A stretch of DNA of 63,695 nucleotides, the filler included, from Octopus bimaculoides (lineage: Eukaryota), in the NCBI RefSeq assembly GCF_001194135.2. It is 5 parts of 4 records of this genome, joined end to end, with 100 filler letters (N's around TTAATTAATTAA, not from the genome) between each part and the next. Parts side by side here need not be neighbours in the genome. Positions count along the whole stretch, not along the records: positions 50,084 to 59,657 come from NC_068983.1; positions 59,758 to 62,417 come from NC_068983.1; positions 62,518 to 63,695 come from NW_026347565.1; 2 more parts are not named here. One strand, written 5' to 3'. This document shows positions 50,420 to 63,695 of this stretch, in pieces (within the stretch, counting starts at the first letter, position 1; each line of letters starts with the position of its first letter). A model generated the notes under the pieces. The model was not told the DNA's origin. It was given only the letters and a program-made list of their open reading frames with translations, and did not search any database. The position numbers and the translations under genes were made by a program.

Positions 50420-51350
50420 AAAAAAAACATGTTTGGTGAAGCTATTGACCAGATATATATTATGAGGTTATGAGGTAATGAACACTTTCGGTCGCACATT
50501 GAAGGTTTGAAGGTTTCTTTGTTTCTTTTGTACATTGGTAACTATCTCCAGCTCTTGGATAACAAGAACTCTGCAATGTGATATGATGTAACAGTCACAA
50601 GTCCAAGTCAACAAATTCTGTCGGTATTAGCTTCATTTTAAAGTTTCATAGAAAATTGCTAATCCGTAACCTTTAGTTAGTATGCGGAGTGTTTCCTCCA
50701 AGCTTGTGCTAGGCTACGTTCATCCAGGGTCGCAAGCAGCATGTTCGGGATAGTAGTAAGCTGTTTCTCTCCTCGAAATTAATCGTATTTTCCTGTTTTT
50801 GTTGATTTTAGTAGATGCTATCTGAATGCTATTATATAACGCATGGCACCTATGTAAAGTGACCTTAGGTGTCTTCTCTCTGTCTTTATCTCGGTCATGG
50901 AAGTCTGTCGCTATCATTATTCCTGTAATAGCTTCCAACTGATGTCAGAACTTTTCGGGTTTTAACATAAATGGAATGGAACTTGTCTATATCCCAATCA
51001 AGCTTCCTAAATTTTGGTACTGAAAATGTGCTATCGTATGTTGCCAATTCAGCGAGAGGAAACCTTCCACCATCATATCGTTAGTAAATAATATTTCAAG
51101 CATAATATTCGTTGGTCATTCTATCTTTGTTCACATAACATTGTACTATACGTTTATCCAAGTATCAAAGTATCTGAAGCACTTATTGTATGGAAAAGTG
51201 TCGATATTTGAGAAACATTATTAAAACTATTAATTTTAATGTTTAGGTTTCAAAATCTGTTTTATACACACTTTACAAGCATGAACATTTCTTTGAGTCA
51301 AATTACATCTCTGTATCAAAAGATCTTAAAATCATTAACAAATGAAATAT
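50420..51350 (-). mobile_element. Decayed RLE-type LINE (R4/Hero-like) RT C-terminal remnant
   Basis: Minus translation FSVPKFRKLDWDIDKFHSIYVKTRKVLTSVGSYYRNNDSDRLP*PR resembles the xxDxKTRKxLT...SDVDRLYxPR block of these LINEs; boundaries approximate. Confidence 0.55.
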
Positions 51351-51398
51351 AGATTACACTATTGCTATTTGTAGTTGTAAAAGAATTACTTCCAGAAT

Positions 51399-52301
51399 GG
51401 ATCTTGTACAAAACGGGGGCACCATTTTTCATTTATGCTTTATGTAGTGTTTTTGGTACTGAAAGACTTTCAAACTTCGTATACTTATCTATTTTGTGTT
51501 ATAGAACAGAAAAAAATGTTTGTATTCGAATTTATTTCATGTAAAAAATTGTCTTATTTCGATAATTTCTACTAATCACTGACGTCTATTCAGTTGAAAA
51601 CAGTTAGCGTTGTAACAGTGTATATCGTATTAATCCCCTAACCCTAACCCTAACCCTAACTAGACTGTTAACCCTAACTAGACTGTTAACTCTAACTAGA
51701 CTGTTAACCNNNNNNNNNNATTTTGTGTTATAGAACAGAAAAAAATGTTTGTATTCGAATTTATTTCATGTAAAAAATTGTCTTATTTCGATAATTTCTA
51801 CTAATCACTGACGTCTATTCAGTTGAAAACAGTTAGCGTTGTAACAGTGTATATCGTATTAATCCCCTAACCCTAACCCTAACCCTAACTAGACTGTTAA
51901 CCCTAACTAGACTGTTAACCCTAACCCTAACCCTAACCCCAAAACTAACCCAAACTCTAGAATCCGAACTCTAAAATTGTTACACACATAGATACGCACA
52001 GCGTAATTTATTATATAAACAATATATGCGTATAAATTACGATTAAACCGGATGAAATATGTCACAGGGAATAACATTTTTATGACCGGTCAGCAGTAAC
52101 TCTATTCAGCTGAATAGACGTCAGTGATTGGTTGAAATTACAGAAATACGACAATTTTAACATGGAATAACTTGCGATGTACGTTTTTTTGTTAAGAAGA
52201 CTAAGAGTAAAAGATGTTTTATATGACACATTCTACCAGTGTCCCAAGTTTCAAAGTGTTTCGTTAAGAAAATACTGGTGCCCCCGTTTTGAACAAGATC
52301 C
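51399..52301. mobile_element. Non-autonomous DNA transposon with 8-bp TSD and GG-starting TIRs (Merlin-like), carrying telomere-like repeats
   Basis: TSD TCCAGAAT at 51391-51398 and 52302-52309. TIR GGATCTTGT(A/T)CAAAACGGGGGCACCA matches 25/26, with further subterminal inverted blocks. Internal (CCCTAA)n and 18-bp CCCTAACTAGACTGTTAA repeats. Confidence 0.8.
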
Positions 52302-52904
52302 TCCAGAATAAATAGAAACACATTCAGACTGTCTTTGGAATATTCCTTAACAAAAATCTATAGCGCTTGAGACACTCCTTAAGATTTCAGGTGCTTTAAA
52401 CCCTTTCAAAAAGAAGCATCTAAGTACTTTTCAGCAAATTTCAAGAACTATGCACTGTATCGAAAAATATTCATTTCTAATCAAGTTAAACAGTTCAAAT
52501 TTTCTATTTTAACCCCTTCGCAGGACAGTTTTATTTATCAAAAGTCATTCGGTACATTCATACACTCCTTTCTTTCCGCATACATACATTCCTATAATAA
52601 ACGCATGTATGTCCGTACAGCATGTAGTGTGTGTGTGTGTGTGTGTGCGTGTGTGTGCGTGTGTGTGTATAAGTATGTGTGTGTCTGTCTGTTTGTCTGT
52701 GTTCTATTGAGATTTATTATAGAATATATCCCGGTACTTAAAACAGGTGTACTTTCTTCTATATTTAGAACTACAATCGTAGTTTTGATTTGATAATTAG
52801 GCAACAATGAGTTTAGTCACAACATAGTATTTATAGAATATATTTGATGAATTTGGGGATACAATCCTCTCAATTTTATTAAGCAAATAATAAATTTACG
52901 AAGA

Positions 52905-52939
<35 letters not shown>

Positions 52940-53145
52940 GTATCATACCTTATACAAATGGGAGAAATAGACGCCCAAACATCAAATAAAGTGCTTACAT
53001 TATTTTATTCATAAAAGTTACAACAGTATTCAGGAAGTTACAACAGTGACTCTACTTTAAATTTTAAATATAATAGCATATAATTAAACACATACAGACA
53101 CACACACATACATACGTACACACACACACACACGCNNNNNNNNNN

Positions 53146-53187
<42 letters not shown>

Positions 53188-53599
53188 AAATTATCTATAT
53201 ATAATGTTTTTTTGTTGTTGTTGTTTTTTGTTTTTTTGTTTTTTTGTTTTAGTAAGTCTCATGCTACTCTGAACTTTGCCTGTGGGTGCACAGGGTCTTC
53301 TGATAGCTTGCCTGAAGATCCTGTACAAAGTTAAGTTCAGACACTCTGGGGTGAAATGTTATTTGCAGTTCTCAGGCATCCTGTTGAGGTGCATATTTGT
53401 CTGTCATCCACATTACACAACGGAAACTAGAGACAGTTGCTAGCCGTTGCACTGCGGAAGTTGAGTGAAAAAAAATTAACAAAATAAAATTATTCTCAAA
53501 CAGCACAACAGATCTATGGCATGTATTCAAAAGAAAGCATTAAAATTTCTCGTAGAGGTGAAGATAAAAGTGGGGAAAAAAAGAGTTGATTCCTGATAG

Positions 53600-53800
53600 A
53601 TTTTCTTTGCCCAGATTTATTTTACTTTTCACCAAGTCTTTTTGATGTCGTTTGGCTGAGGATACATTGCGAAGTTAAGATAAAATCTGTTTTGGACTAA
53701 ATGATTGATGTGGACAAATGTCCTCTTTCAATTAGGTATATTTACTCTGCATCTTCCGCTGTGATGAAATGATATACAGGATACCCCTGCGTTGCGAGAG
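53600..53800 (+). mobile_element. CR1/L2-like RT fragment
   Basis: FTKSFDVVW...(SG)YPC resembles DFxKAFDxV...SGVPQG; very decayed. Confidence 0.4.
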
Positions 53801-54115
53801 TAATTAATTCGCTCTTGAAAATCTGGTCGTAAAGCGAAATAAGTTTTTCCATTGATTTACATGTATTAAGCGATAATGAGTTCTGCAAGATTTTTAAAAA
53901 ACCAATCGCAAAAGAAACTACCTTTATGCATGAAAATAATATTATCTAAGCATACGCAGTATAATATACATAAAAACATTTTAAAAGTAATACTTTAGGA
54001 AATAAGTAAGGATCGTAATATCGTCATCGGATACGTTCTCACCACAAAAAAGGTTGACTACTGTCAAAATAAAGACACTAGACGAAAGCATAACAAACGG
54101 GAAACTGGACAAATA

Positions 54116-54158
<43 letters not shown>

Positions 54159-54610
54159 ATATCTGTAGTATAATATGTGATAATTATTCGGGTGGCATAA
54201 TAAAACTNNNNNNNNNNNNNNNNNNNNNNNNNNNNNNNNNNNNNNNNNNNNNNNNNNNNNNNNNNNNNNNNNNNNNNNNNNNNNNNNNNNNNNNNNNNNN
54301 NNNNNNNNNNNNNNNNNNNNNNNNNNNNNNNNNNNNNNNNNNNNNNNNNNNNNNNNNNNNNNNNNNNNNNNNNNNNNNNNNNNNNNNNNNNNNNNNNNNN
54401 NNNNNNNNNNNNNNNNNNNNNNNNNNNNNNNNNNNNNNNNNNNNNNNNNNNNNNNNNNNNNNNNNNNNNNNNNNNNNNNNNNNNNNNNNNNNNNNNNNNN
54501 NNNNNNNNNNNNNNNNNNNNNNNNNNNNNNNNNNNNNNNNNNNNNNNNNNNNNNNNNNNNNNNNNNNNNNNNNNNNNNNNNNNNNNNNNNNNNNNNNNNN
54601 NNNNNNNNNN

Positions 54611-54667
<57 letters not shown>

Positions 54668-55662
54668 GCATTCTTTTTCATTCCTGTGCTTGTGAGTGAG
54701 TGGTTGTGCTGTATGTAATATAACATGTAAATACACCATAGATGGTAATTATTACACGCATACATACACTGAAAATATATAATATGTAATATGTAATATG
54801 TAATACACATCAAATGTACAACGCCCATAAACGCAACACAGACTATATAACACACTCAACCTTGTCCCAACTAATGCCCCCAAGCATCACCCACGTTACC
54901 ACAATGCTCACCACCTTTACTTCCTTTGCCACCACTATCGTCACAGCAACCCTCAGTACCATATCAAACCATCAGCAGCAGTAGCAGCAGGGCGACTACC
55001 AAAACTATCATTACCGCTCTAAAACTAACTTCATTACTAGCCCACCACAACTACCCTAATACTATTAGCATCACTACTGTTCCAGCCAGCCCCCCTAACA
55101 TTACCTCTAACAACAGCACTGCCAACACTAGCAGAAATAAGCAGACACACATTCAAGTAGCAAAAACATAGTATATACCGAACCGTTTCATAAAACCGGA
55201 AACTAAGCATAATTATTGCCCTCAACGTGGACTGTTTTCCAGCTGTTGTTTTCTTTTCATTCATTTTTTTCGAAAACTCCCTTTATTTTTTTTTTCTTCT
55301 TTGCCCCTGCATATAAAAGTTCGCATCTTTCTCCCAGATTTTAAAATTACACGACTGTCTTCCAGTTTATCCATTGCAATTCATTGTATATTCTTTCGCA
55401 TCTTGAAGAAAGGTGGGTGGGGGTGGGGGTTTATAGCTAGAAGAAAGAAGTGCTAATATGTCTTTATATAACTAAAAGTTTTCTGAAGTGCATAAGCCCT
55501 ACATTGCAATAATAATAGCTTGTCTCCTTTTCCACTTTAATATACACAAACGAATACGTATAAGAACTTTTGAATTTCTTCACCGATAATGGTGTTTGCA
55601 TACCGAAGGGCTTGGTAAAAATTATTAATTGTTAATTTATTAATAAATTAATAAATTGTAAG

Positions 55663-55693
<31 letters not shown>

Positions 55694-55986
55694 CCGAACA
55701 GCTAAATTATGGGGAAAAACACACCAGTTGTCAAGCAATGGTGGGGGCACAAACATAGACAATCATACACAAATATATACACACATGCATATATATATAT
55801 ATATATATACACGACAGGATTCTTTCTGTTTCCGTCTATCAAATCCACTCACAAGGTTTTGGTTGGTCCGAGGCTATAGTAGAAGACGCTTGCCCAAGGT
55901 GCCACGCAGTAGGACTGGATCCGGAACAATGGCGGTTGGGAAGCAAGCTTCTTACCATACAGTCTCGCCTGTGCTTAAAAAAGATG

Positions 55987-56078
55987 TTTCCCAAGTGAGG
56001 ATCGAACTCACGACTTTCAGATACCTGTTTTCTAACTTGATTATGAGCATGACGCGCTGCCTACTGCGCTACCTGCGT
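55987..56078 (-). pseudogene. Elongator tRNA-Met(CAT)-like pseudogene with a 19-nt insertion at the canonical 37/38 intron position
   Basis: Minus: acgcagg TAGCGCAGTAGGCAGCGCG TCATG CTCATA [ATCAAGTTAGAAAACAGGT] A TCTGA AAGTC GTGAG TTCGATC CTCAC ttgggaa. D and T arms match eukaryotic tRNA-Met; the acceptor stem and one anticodon-stem pair are broken. Confidence 0.75.
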
Positions 56079-56139
56079 ATTTGGAGTTACTTAATTATCA
56101 GTATATTACTCTCATCAAACCAATATTCTGCCATCTCAC

Positions 56140-56700
56140 CACCTTGGTGTGTCAAATAATATTAGAAATTTAAGTTTAATTGTGGAAAACAACCTAATTT
56201 CGAATGCACACGTCAACAATAAAGTTGATATGACCTCCAGAATATGTTCATCGGTCCTTACAACTTTCCAGTACAGTGTTCCAGATATCATCAGGTTTCT
56301 CTTCTCCATATTTGCTAGGTCTTTTCCCTTGAATACTGCTGCCTACTGTAGTTCCTCAATATGAAAGAAAATTTAAAGCGCTCAGAGGTCGATCACACGC
56401 GCCTAAAAGTCATGATAAAACCTTGATTATTAGGGTCGCCTTAAAAAAACCTAAAATTGTATTCCCTCTAACGTTGCTTTGAGCACTGCATCATTTGTAC
56501 AATGTGGAAATATTCCATCAACATTGTCCATACTATGCCAGTTCCAAGTTCGCAAGAAATCCAAGATTCCCCCACACACACTCACATACACACACAACGT
56601 GTACCATACGCTCCCGAAAAAAATCCGGGCAGCCCGAAGGAAATTAAGGGGAAAGACTTCATAACATTCAAAAAGTGCATGAGAGATTATCATGCGAGTG
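56140..56700 (+). mobile_element. CR1-like LINE 3' fragment
   Basis: SNNIRNLSLIVENNLISNAHVNNKV...IIRFLFSIFARS...EYCC matches the decayed RT C-terminus of CR1/L2 elements. Confidence 0.5.
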
Positions 56701-57436
56701 TGTTATATGCTTTATGGTGACTTAAAGATAATGCTATTAACTTAGACATGGCCCAAACCTATGTGAATTATTCAAGTTTGTATATATATATATATNNNNN
56801 NNNNNNNNNNNNNNNNNNNNNNNNNNNNNNNNNNNNNNNNNNNNNNNNNNNNNNNNNNNNNNNNNNNNNNNNNNNNNNNNNNNNNNNNNNNNNNNNNNNN
56901 NNNNNNNNNNNNNNNNNNNNNNNNNNNNNNNNNNNNNNNNNNNNNNNNNNNNNNNNNNNNNNNNNNNNNNNNNNNNNNNNNNNNNNNNNNNNNNNNNNNN
57001 NNNNNNNNNNNNNNNNNNNNNNNNNNNNNNNNNNNNNNNNNNNNNNNNNNNNNNNNNNNNNNNNNNNNNNNNNNNNNNNNNNNNNNNNNNNNNNNNNNNN
57101 NNNNNNNNNNNNNNNNNNNNNNNNNNNNNNNNNNNNNNNNNNNNNNNNNNNNNNNNNNNNNNNNNNNNNNNNNNNNNNNNNNNNNNNNNNNNNNNNNNNN
57201 NNNNNNNNNNNNNNNNNNNNNNNNNNNNNNNNNNNNNNNNNNNNNNNNNNNNNNNNNNNNNNNNNNNNNNNNNNNNNNNNNNNNNNNNNNNNNNNNNNNN
57301 NNNNNNNNNNNNNNNNNNNNNNNNNNNNNNNNNNNNNNNNNNNNNNNNNNNNNNNNNNNNNNNNNNNNNNNNNNNNNNNNNNNNNNNNNNNNNNNNNNNN
57401 NNNNNNNNNNNNNNNNNNNNNNNNNNNNNNNNNNNA

Positions 57437-57617
57437 GAATGAGAGAAAATTGTGGTGAAAGAGCACAGCAGGGTTCGCCACCATCCCCTGCCGGAGCCTC
57501 GTGGAGCTTTAGGTGTTTTTGCTCAATATACATTCACAACGCCCGGTCTGGGAATCGAAACCGCGATCCTATGACCGCGAGTTCGCTGCCCTAACCACTG
57601 GGCCATTGCGCCTCCAT
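57437..57617 (-). mobile_element. tRNA-derived SINE (family B, 5' part)
   Basis: Near-identical to 43143-43316. Confidence 0.85.
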
Positions 57618-58744
57618 TTTCAGTGTACGTTATGATTTCCCCCAGTATATATGTATATAAAATATTAAGGGTTTTAATCTCCTAAATATCATATACTCAG
57701 TTAAACAGATTCTTCTCTGCAATGTTTAACTTTTTTATTTTGGTATTTGTTTGCTTCTTTTTTCTTTTATGCTTTTATTCTTTCGAGACGTCTTTAACTG
57801 GTCCCTCTTCTGAAGGGTCAATTATTTTGATCGATGCCATCAGATGTTCTAAACACTTACGCTCATCTTACACTCAGTTACTTGCAGGTCAAATTTGAAT
57901 CAGTCACCTAAAAAAAGAGGTATCATAAGGCGAAATAAGCGTGACGGGATGGTGTTTGTCTTTCATGAATGGCTTCCTTTAGTTGTATATAATTTAATTA
58001 AGGAATGTGAAGGATGAGGGCTTAGTTTGTAGACAAACAGAACGTCGGTCGAATGGAGATGGGGAAAGAAAAATAGAAGAATAAGGAGAGGAACAGTGTC
58101 TTACATGCTTGTAGACGCACACATACATGCGCATACATACATACATTCATACATACATACATGCATACATGCATACATACATACATATATGTGTGTGTGC
58201 GCGCGCGCGTAGTGTGTGGGGACACAAGCATGATTGTGTGGTTAAGACGTTTGCTTCGCAACCATGAGTCGTTTTGGGTCGATCCCACTACATAGAATTT
58301 TAAACACATATTTTACAATAGCCTAAGGTTGACACAGAATTAGGTAGATTGAAACATTATATAAACCAATTGAGCGGACTGTTCTTTGTCCACATTGTGT
58401 AAAGCATGTTCCTGCTAGTTATGTTAAAGACTAGGTATGTACTTATAATTTCGATATACATCAGGATTTCTTATATGTGTGTATATAGCGTATTTAGGAG
58501 TTTGCACTGCCGCGTGTCAAACTCCTAAATATCTGTGNNNNNNNNNNNNNNNNNNNNNNNNNNNNNNNNNNNNNNNNNNNNNNNNNNNNNNNNNNNNNNN
58601 NNNNNNNNNNNNNNNNNNNNNNNNNNNNNNNNNNNNNNNNNNNNNNNNNNNNNNNNNNNNNNNNNNNNNNNNNNNNNNNNNNNNNNNNNNNNNNNNNNNN
58701 NNNNNNNNNNNNNNNNNNNNNNNNNNNNNNNNNNNNNNNNNNNN

Positions 58745-58805
<61 letters not shown>

Positions 58806-59277
58806 TGTGTGTGTGCGTGTGTAAGTGTGCGCGAATGTGTACACAAAAAAGTGGAAAAACAAAAGCAAAAAGGAAAGAAAGTTAAGTTCGTGATTAAAAT
58901 TATTAGGCTGACGCCTAGAGAAATTATAAGAGTTGATTGTTATGACGCTTCGGATAATGGCTTTCTTCCGACTAGAGTGTAAGATGAAAAACGAATAGAA
59001 AATGGGATAAAAACCTGAACAAATAGAAGAAACACTTCAGACGAAAATGGAATGGTCTACAAACTCATTGGCTCACTAGAAGTTAAATAATGGACTAAAA
59101 GGAAAATAAATGTGGAAAGATAGGTGTATCTATATACGTCTTAGTATATTTGTAAATGTATGGTTATGTGAAGGATTGAAAATACTAGTGTTTCATGTAT
59201 GCATGAACTTCTGTATTTGAGTATATGTGACTGACTGAGTGTATTCGTGCATAGTTATTATATATATGTATATTCTT

Positions 59278-59645
59278 TTATTTGTTTGTCATTTGACTGC
59301 GGCCATGCTGTAACACTGCCTTTAGTCGAGCAAATCGACTCCAGAACGTATTCTTCGTAAGCCTAGTATTTATTCTATCGGTCTCTTTCGCCGAATCGCT
59401 AAGTTACAGGGACGTAAACACACCAGCATCGGTTCTCAAGCGATGTTGGGGGACAAACACAGACACACAAACATATATATATACGACGAACTTCTTTCAG
59501 TTTCCATCTACCAAATTCACTCACAAGGCTTTGGTCGGCCCGAAGCTATAGTAGAAGACACTTTGTCAAGGTGTCACACAGTAGGACTGAACCCGGAACC
59601 ATGTGGTTGATAAGCAAGCTTTCTTATCACATAGCCACTCCTGCA
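59278..59645 (-). mobile_element. tRNA-derived SINE (family A), full length
   Basis: Complete body plus tRNA-like head. Confidence 0.88.
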
Positions 59646-61331
59646 CCTTTATATATANNNNNNNNNNNNNNNNNNNNNNNNNNNNNNNNNNNNNNNNNNN
59701 NTTAATTAATTAANNNNNNNNNNNNNNNNNNNNNNNNNNNNNNNNNNNNNNNNNNNNATATATATATAAAATGTGTGTGTGTGTATGTATGTATGTATGT
59801 ATGTATGCATATATATATATATATATATAGGAAAGTTGTAACTTGATATTGTTATAAATTTTCTTTTGGCCAGTTAACATATATCCTTTCGGCATTTCAA
59901 ATGCTTATCAGTACTCATGAAGGATTATATATGTATTCTCTGTTTGAATAGAACCAACTTGCCTATGAAGTGTTATAAATATATTTTGCATTACATATTT
60001 ATTTCAAAGTCCATTGTTTCAAAATAATGATATCCGACGTGGTGAACAAACATTAATAATGATTATTTTATACTATTTTATTTTATTGCTTATTACATAT
60101 AATGCGTTTATGTGGTATAAAATAAATGTTTTTGTTTTTTTACTGAAGCGATGGTAACATCAATTTCAATTTCTCTTTTCTTCGTTTTAATTAAGTTTTA
60201 ATACATACATACATACATATCAATAAACAGATACGAACTACTAAGAATTTCTTGCTTTAAAGACACTATCTAGGCAGGTTTTTATAACACGCCTTGCATC
60301 TCCCAGTAATCTTCAAGATCTGAGCACATAGTTTATTCTACAGAAAAATTACAGAAAAAAATGAGAAGGTTGATACAAAAAGTGGAATTAAAACGGAGAA
60401 AGAAACGAAAAGAAAATTAGTTACGTCCCCTTTGACTGTAAAAACCAAAGTTAAATAAATGTTATTGAATAATTCAATGGAGAGGGGTCCAAAGTCTGCG
60501 AGACAGCTACTCAATTCGCATAGGGTGGTGTTCTCCAGTTCGCCAAATGAAATTTGTCCAGATGCTTGCATATGCAGAAAATTTCGGATCTGGAATTAAG
60601 TAGTGTGGTGGGATTCTTAGATCTAGAAAGAATGCGCTGTAAGTATTCCACTGCAGTTGTATTTTAACGTTTTGAACTTCTTCTGCCAAAGAGGGACACT
60701 TTGCGACTGTAGTTTTGGTCAGGAAAGATTGGAAGAAATGTTTTAAAAGAAAAACTGAAGTGCGGCAAAATTTGTGGAACATCTGCTGAAAGATCGACAA
60801 AAAAGAGATGGATTCGATGGATAAACAAACAAGTAACTACTGCTGTGAGTTGACTCATCATTGCAGCGCCCCAAAATAGGACATCAGCTTTGCTCCGATG
60901 TGAATAAGACAGCGATTTTTTTTAATTAGGACATCGTTCGTCATGAGTTTGATCCACATAATCAGACATCAATATTGGATTTTACTTGGATGGAGTCAAT
61001 TTTTGATCTCAAAATTGAAATCGACTCTTTTAGAGAATAAAAATAAACGAAGAAAATTCGATATTATATCCGACGTTCCACCCTTTGAAATTTGGTCCAA
61101 GGCACGTTCCAACACTAGAAAGGATATGTGGAGCGATGTACTGACAGTTGTGGGATACTATGTGAAAGTAGGCCAGTCTGATTAAGCTGTAAGTAAATTA
61201 ATAAGAATGGATTAGTAGTCTTTGAGCAGACGTCGTGTATGTTGTAAGAGTATGGAAAGTGAGAAAGAGAAAAGAGTAGATATAGACAGACACACAAACT
61301 GCCGGACAGACAGACAGACAGACAGGCAGAC

Positions 61332-61399
<68 letters not shown>

Positions 61400-61799
61400 G
61401 GGTAGGTTATTATAAATAAATTTTCTTGTTAACATTTATATGTATTTTTACAACTTGGTTCATCGACACTTTCCATCATCCATAATCACATACATTATTT
61501 ATTTATACACTTTTACATACCCTGTCACACGCACACATATAAACAGAGATTATACTATCACCATACAACACAATTTACCGTTACAGAACCACATACTTAT
61601 GCGCGGGATTATACGCATTTCACACATATATACGTAAATACATATAGCGTTAGACTCATTTAAGGCAATTGCCCGTAAATAAACACAGTCTCTTAAATAT
61701 ACACTAATAACCAAGCTCACAGCTAGTTACGTATTTTACACACACGCGCTCACATACTCAGATGCGAGGAAACATAACACAAAAAACACACAGGTGTAT

Positions 61800-61859
<60 letters not shown>

Positions 61860-62599
61860 ACGCGCGTACACACACACACACATATACTCACGCATTCACA
61901 AACACATACAGACATATGTGCGTATATAGAGAATAAACAATAATGGAAGAGAAACAACAAAAATAACATGAAACAAAATGTAACTGAATCCAGGGTAAAT
62001 AGTCAACTCAACAGTGATATTCTAGCTCCTGCTGTGGACACAGTTTGAAACTGTGAAACCGGGTGAACTCCACCCAACACCCTGATTTAGCAGTACAATT
62101 AGCTGTAGCGAGCAGACAGCCAACACGCCGCCATACGCGACGTTCCTAATGCTTGCATTATAAACAGACTGCATCACAGGCAGACGACACATATTCACAT
62201 GGCGTTTATAATATGTGTGGCTTCGCTGTGCAGTCGGCCGGCTTGTCTTGTTCAAATTCTACACAGGTCTTATGGTGATAACTCTCCATCCCACCATCCC
62301 TCTTTTCCTCTCTTTCTCCCTCTCTTTTTCTATCTATCTATATGTATGTGTGTGTACATATTATATACATACAAATACGTGAGACAAGGGGGATATATAT
62401 ATATATATATATATATANNNNNNNNNNNNNNNNNNNNNNNNNNNNNNNNNNNNNNNNNNNNTTAATTAATTAANNNNNNNNNNNNNNNNNNNNNNNNNNN
62501 NNNNNNNNNNNNNNNNNCATTTCAACAGAAGGACATATTTTTATAACTACATTTAAACTCTCCAAGTCGAAAGGAAGAATACAAAAAAACCATTTTGAC

Positions 62600-62830
62600 T
62601 TAGCCAGACTATATGGGTTAGTCTTGTATTCCAAAGATAAACTGAAAGCAAGAATTATGGCAGCATTCACCAACTTAAACAAGAAGACTGTCCAGAGGAG
62701 TTGCAGAAGATTCCGAAGTTATCTGGAGGCCGTGGTTGAAGCCAATGGTGATTTTATTGAATAAATTTACTCTTTAGTATTTCAAGATATTTTTACATAA
62801 TTTTGGCAAATATATCTTAAAATGAGACGT
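62600..62830 (+). mobile_element. Tc1/mariner transposase C-terminal fragment
   Basis: DKLKARIMAAFTNLNKKTVQRSCRRFRSYLEAVVEANGDFIE* is the typical mariner/Tc1 C-terminus. Confidence 0.75.
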
Positions 62831-63047
62831 TAGTTTTATTTTCATTTTTGTGTAATTTAGACGACAATATATATATATGTATACATATATGTGTGTGTAT
62901 ATACATATATATATATATATATATTTACACTTTGGATTACATATATATGTATATATATATGTGTGTGTATATACATATATATATATATATTTACACTTTG
63001 GATTACATATATATGTATATATATGTATGTATGTATTTACAGTCTAG

Positions 63048-63115
<68 letters not shown>

Positions 63116-63408
63116 TACATATATACATTCACAATGGTAGCTGTGTTGTTATGGTCCATCTCTGCGGCAGCAATTCATTGTGTGTAGGCATAATAAATAT
63201 AAATAGAGACAAAAAATATTCAGAATGCATGGAAGATGATGCGGCAAAGAAGAGAGAAACAAACAAACCCTGGAGCCACATGTTTTAGCTTGTCTGACTC
63301 CGTGAAAAACTTCAATTTGGATCGGTTGCTGCCTCTTCACTTTGGATTCTTATCTATCTATCCATCTATCTATCTATCTATCTATCTATCCATCTATTTA
63401 TCTATCCA

Positions 63409-63441
<33 letters not shown>

Positions 63442-63695
63442 CTCTATATCTACTTATCTGTCTATCTGCCTATCTATTTATATATATATATATATTTATC
63501 TATCTGTCTTTCTGTCTAAATTTTCCAAAACTAAATCTGTCGAAGAGAGAAAAGAAATATATATATATATATATAGATATAAAATGATTGAATGAGAAAT
63601 GGTTAAAAAATGGAACTGGAATGGAAAAATAACACTAAAAATGTGTCTAAAATAATAATAATAATAATGATAATAATAATAATAATAATAATAAT

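Noticed and set aside
50690-51010. Plus-strand reading resembling GPCR TM2-TM3 (NRIFLFLLILVD...CKVTLGVFSLSLSRSWKSVAIIIP)
   Set aside because: It contains stops and lacks a DRY-like motif; the opposite strand is better explained as a decayed R4/Hero-like LINE.
51490-51920. ~220-bp direct duplication inside the telomere-repeat element
   Set aside because: The copies are identical and separated by a 10-N gap, typical of unmerged contig overlap.
60520-60720. ICPDACICRK and GTLCDCS motifs suggesting LRR N- and C-terminal caps
   Set aside because: They are on the opposite strand to the LRR exons, separated by stops with no LRRs between, and have no convincing splice sites; likely chance.
62022-62255. 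GC-richer unique segment with a short hydrophobic ORF (possible signal-peptide exon)
   Set aside because: No donor site before the stop and no homology I can recognise.

Overview
AT-rich, microsatellite-dense animal genomic DNA with many N gaps. The SINE, LINE and microsatellite content looks like octopus (cephalopod), which is my inference from recognising the repeats, not a database result. The only host gene I can support is a minus-strand leucine-rich-repeat (LRR) gene, not annotated by the ORF track, seen as six 72-nt exons (26786-26857, 26084-26155, 25076-25147, 24077-24148, 7574-7645, 4365-4436). Each has canonical AG/GT sites, the same intron phase and homologous intronic flanks, so the array grew by tandem duplication of an approximately 0.7-1 kb exon+intron unit. 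The exons splice into an open 6-LRR stretch; the gene's 5' and 3' ends are not visible. Its introns hold stacked transposons: two decayed Gypsy LTR copies and two Penelope-like elements carrying minimal hammerhead ribozymes. They also hold a complete-ended 11.8 kb Academ DNA transposon (TAGG...CCTA, AAT target duplication, intron-containing transposase with XPG/PIN and Cys-rich domains), which itself contains an RTE LINE with a PHD finger, which contains a SINE. The right half is mostly SINEs, LINE remnants, MITEs (including an 8-bp-TSD element carrying telomere-like repeats), a 48-bp hairpin, an intron-containing tRNA-Met pseudogene, and four artificial 100-bp scaffold spacers. Most long ORFs in the supplied track are artefacts of N gaps or microsatellites.
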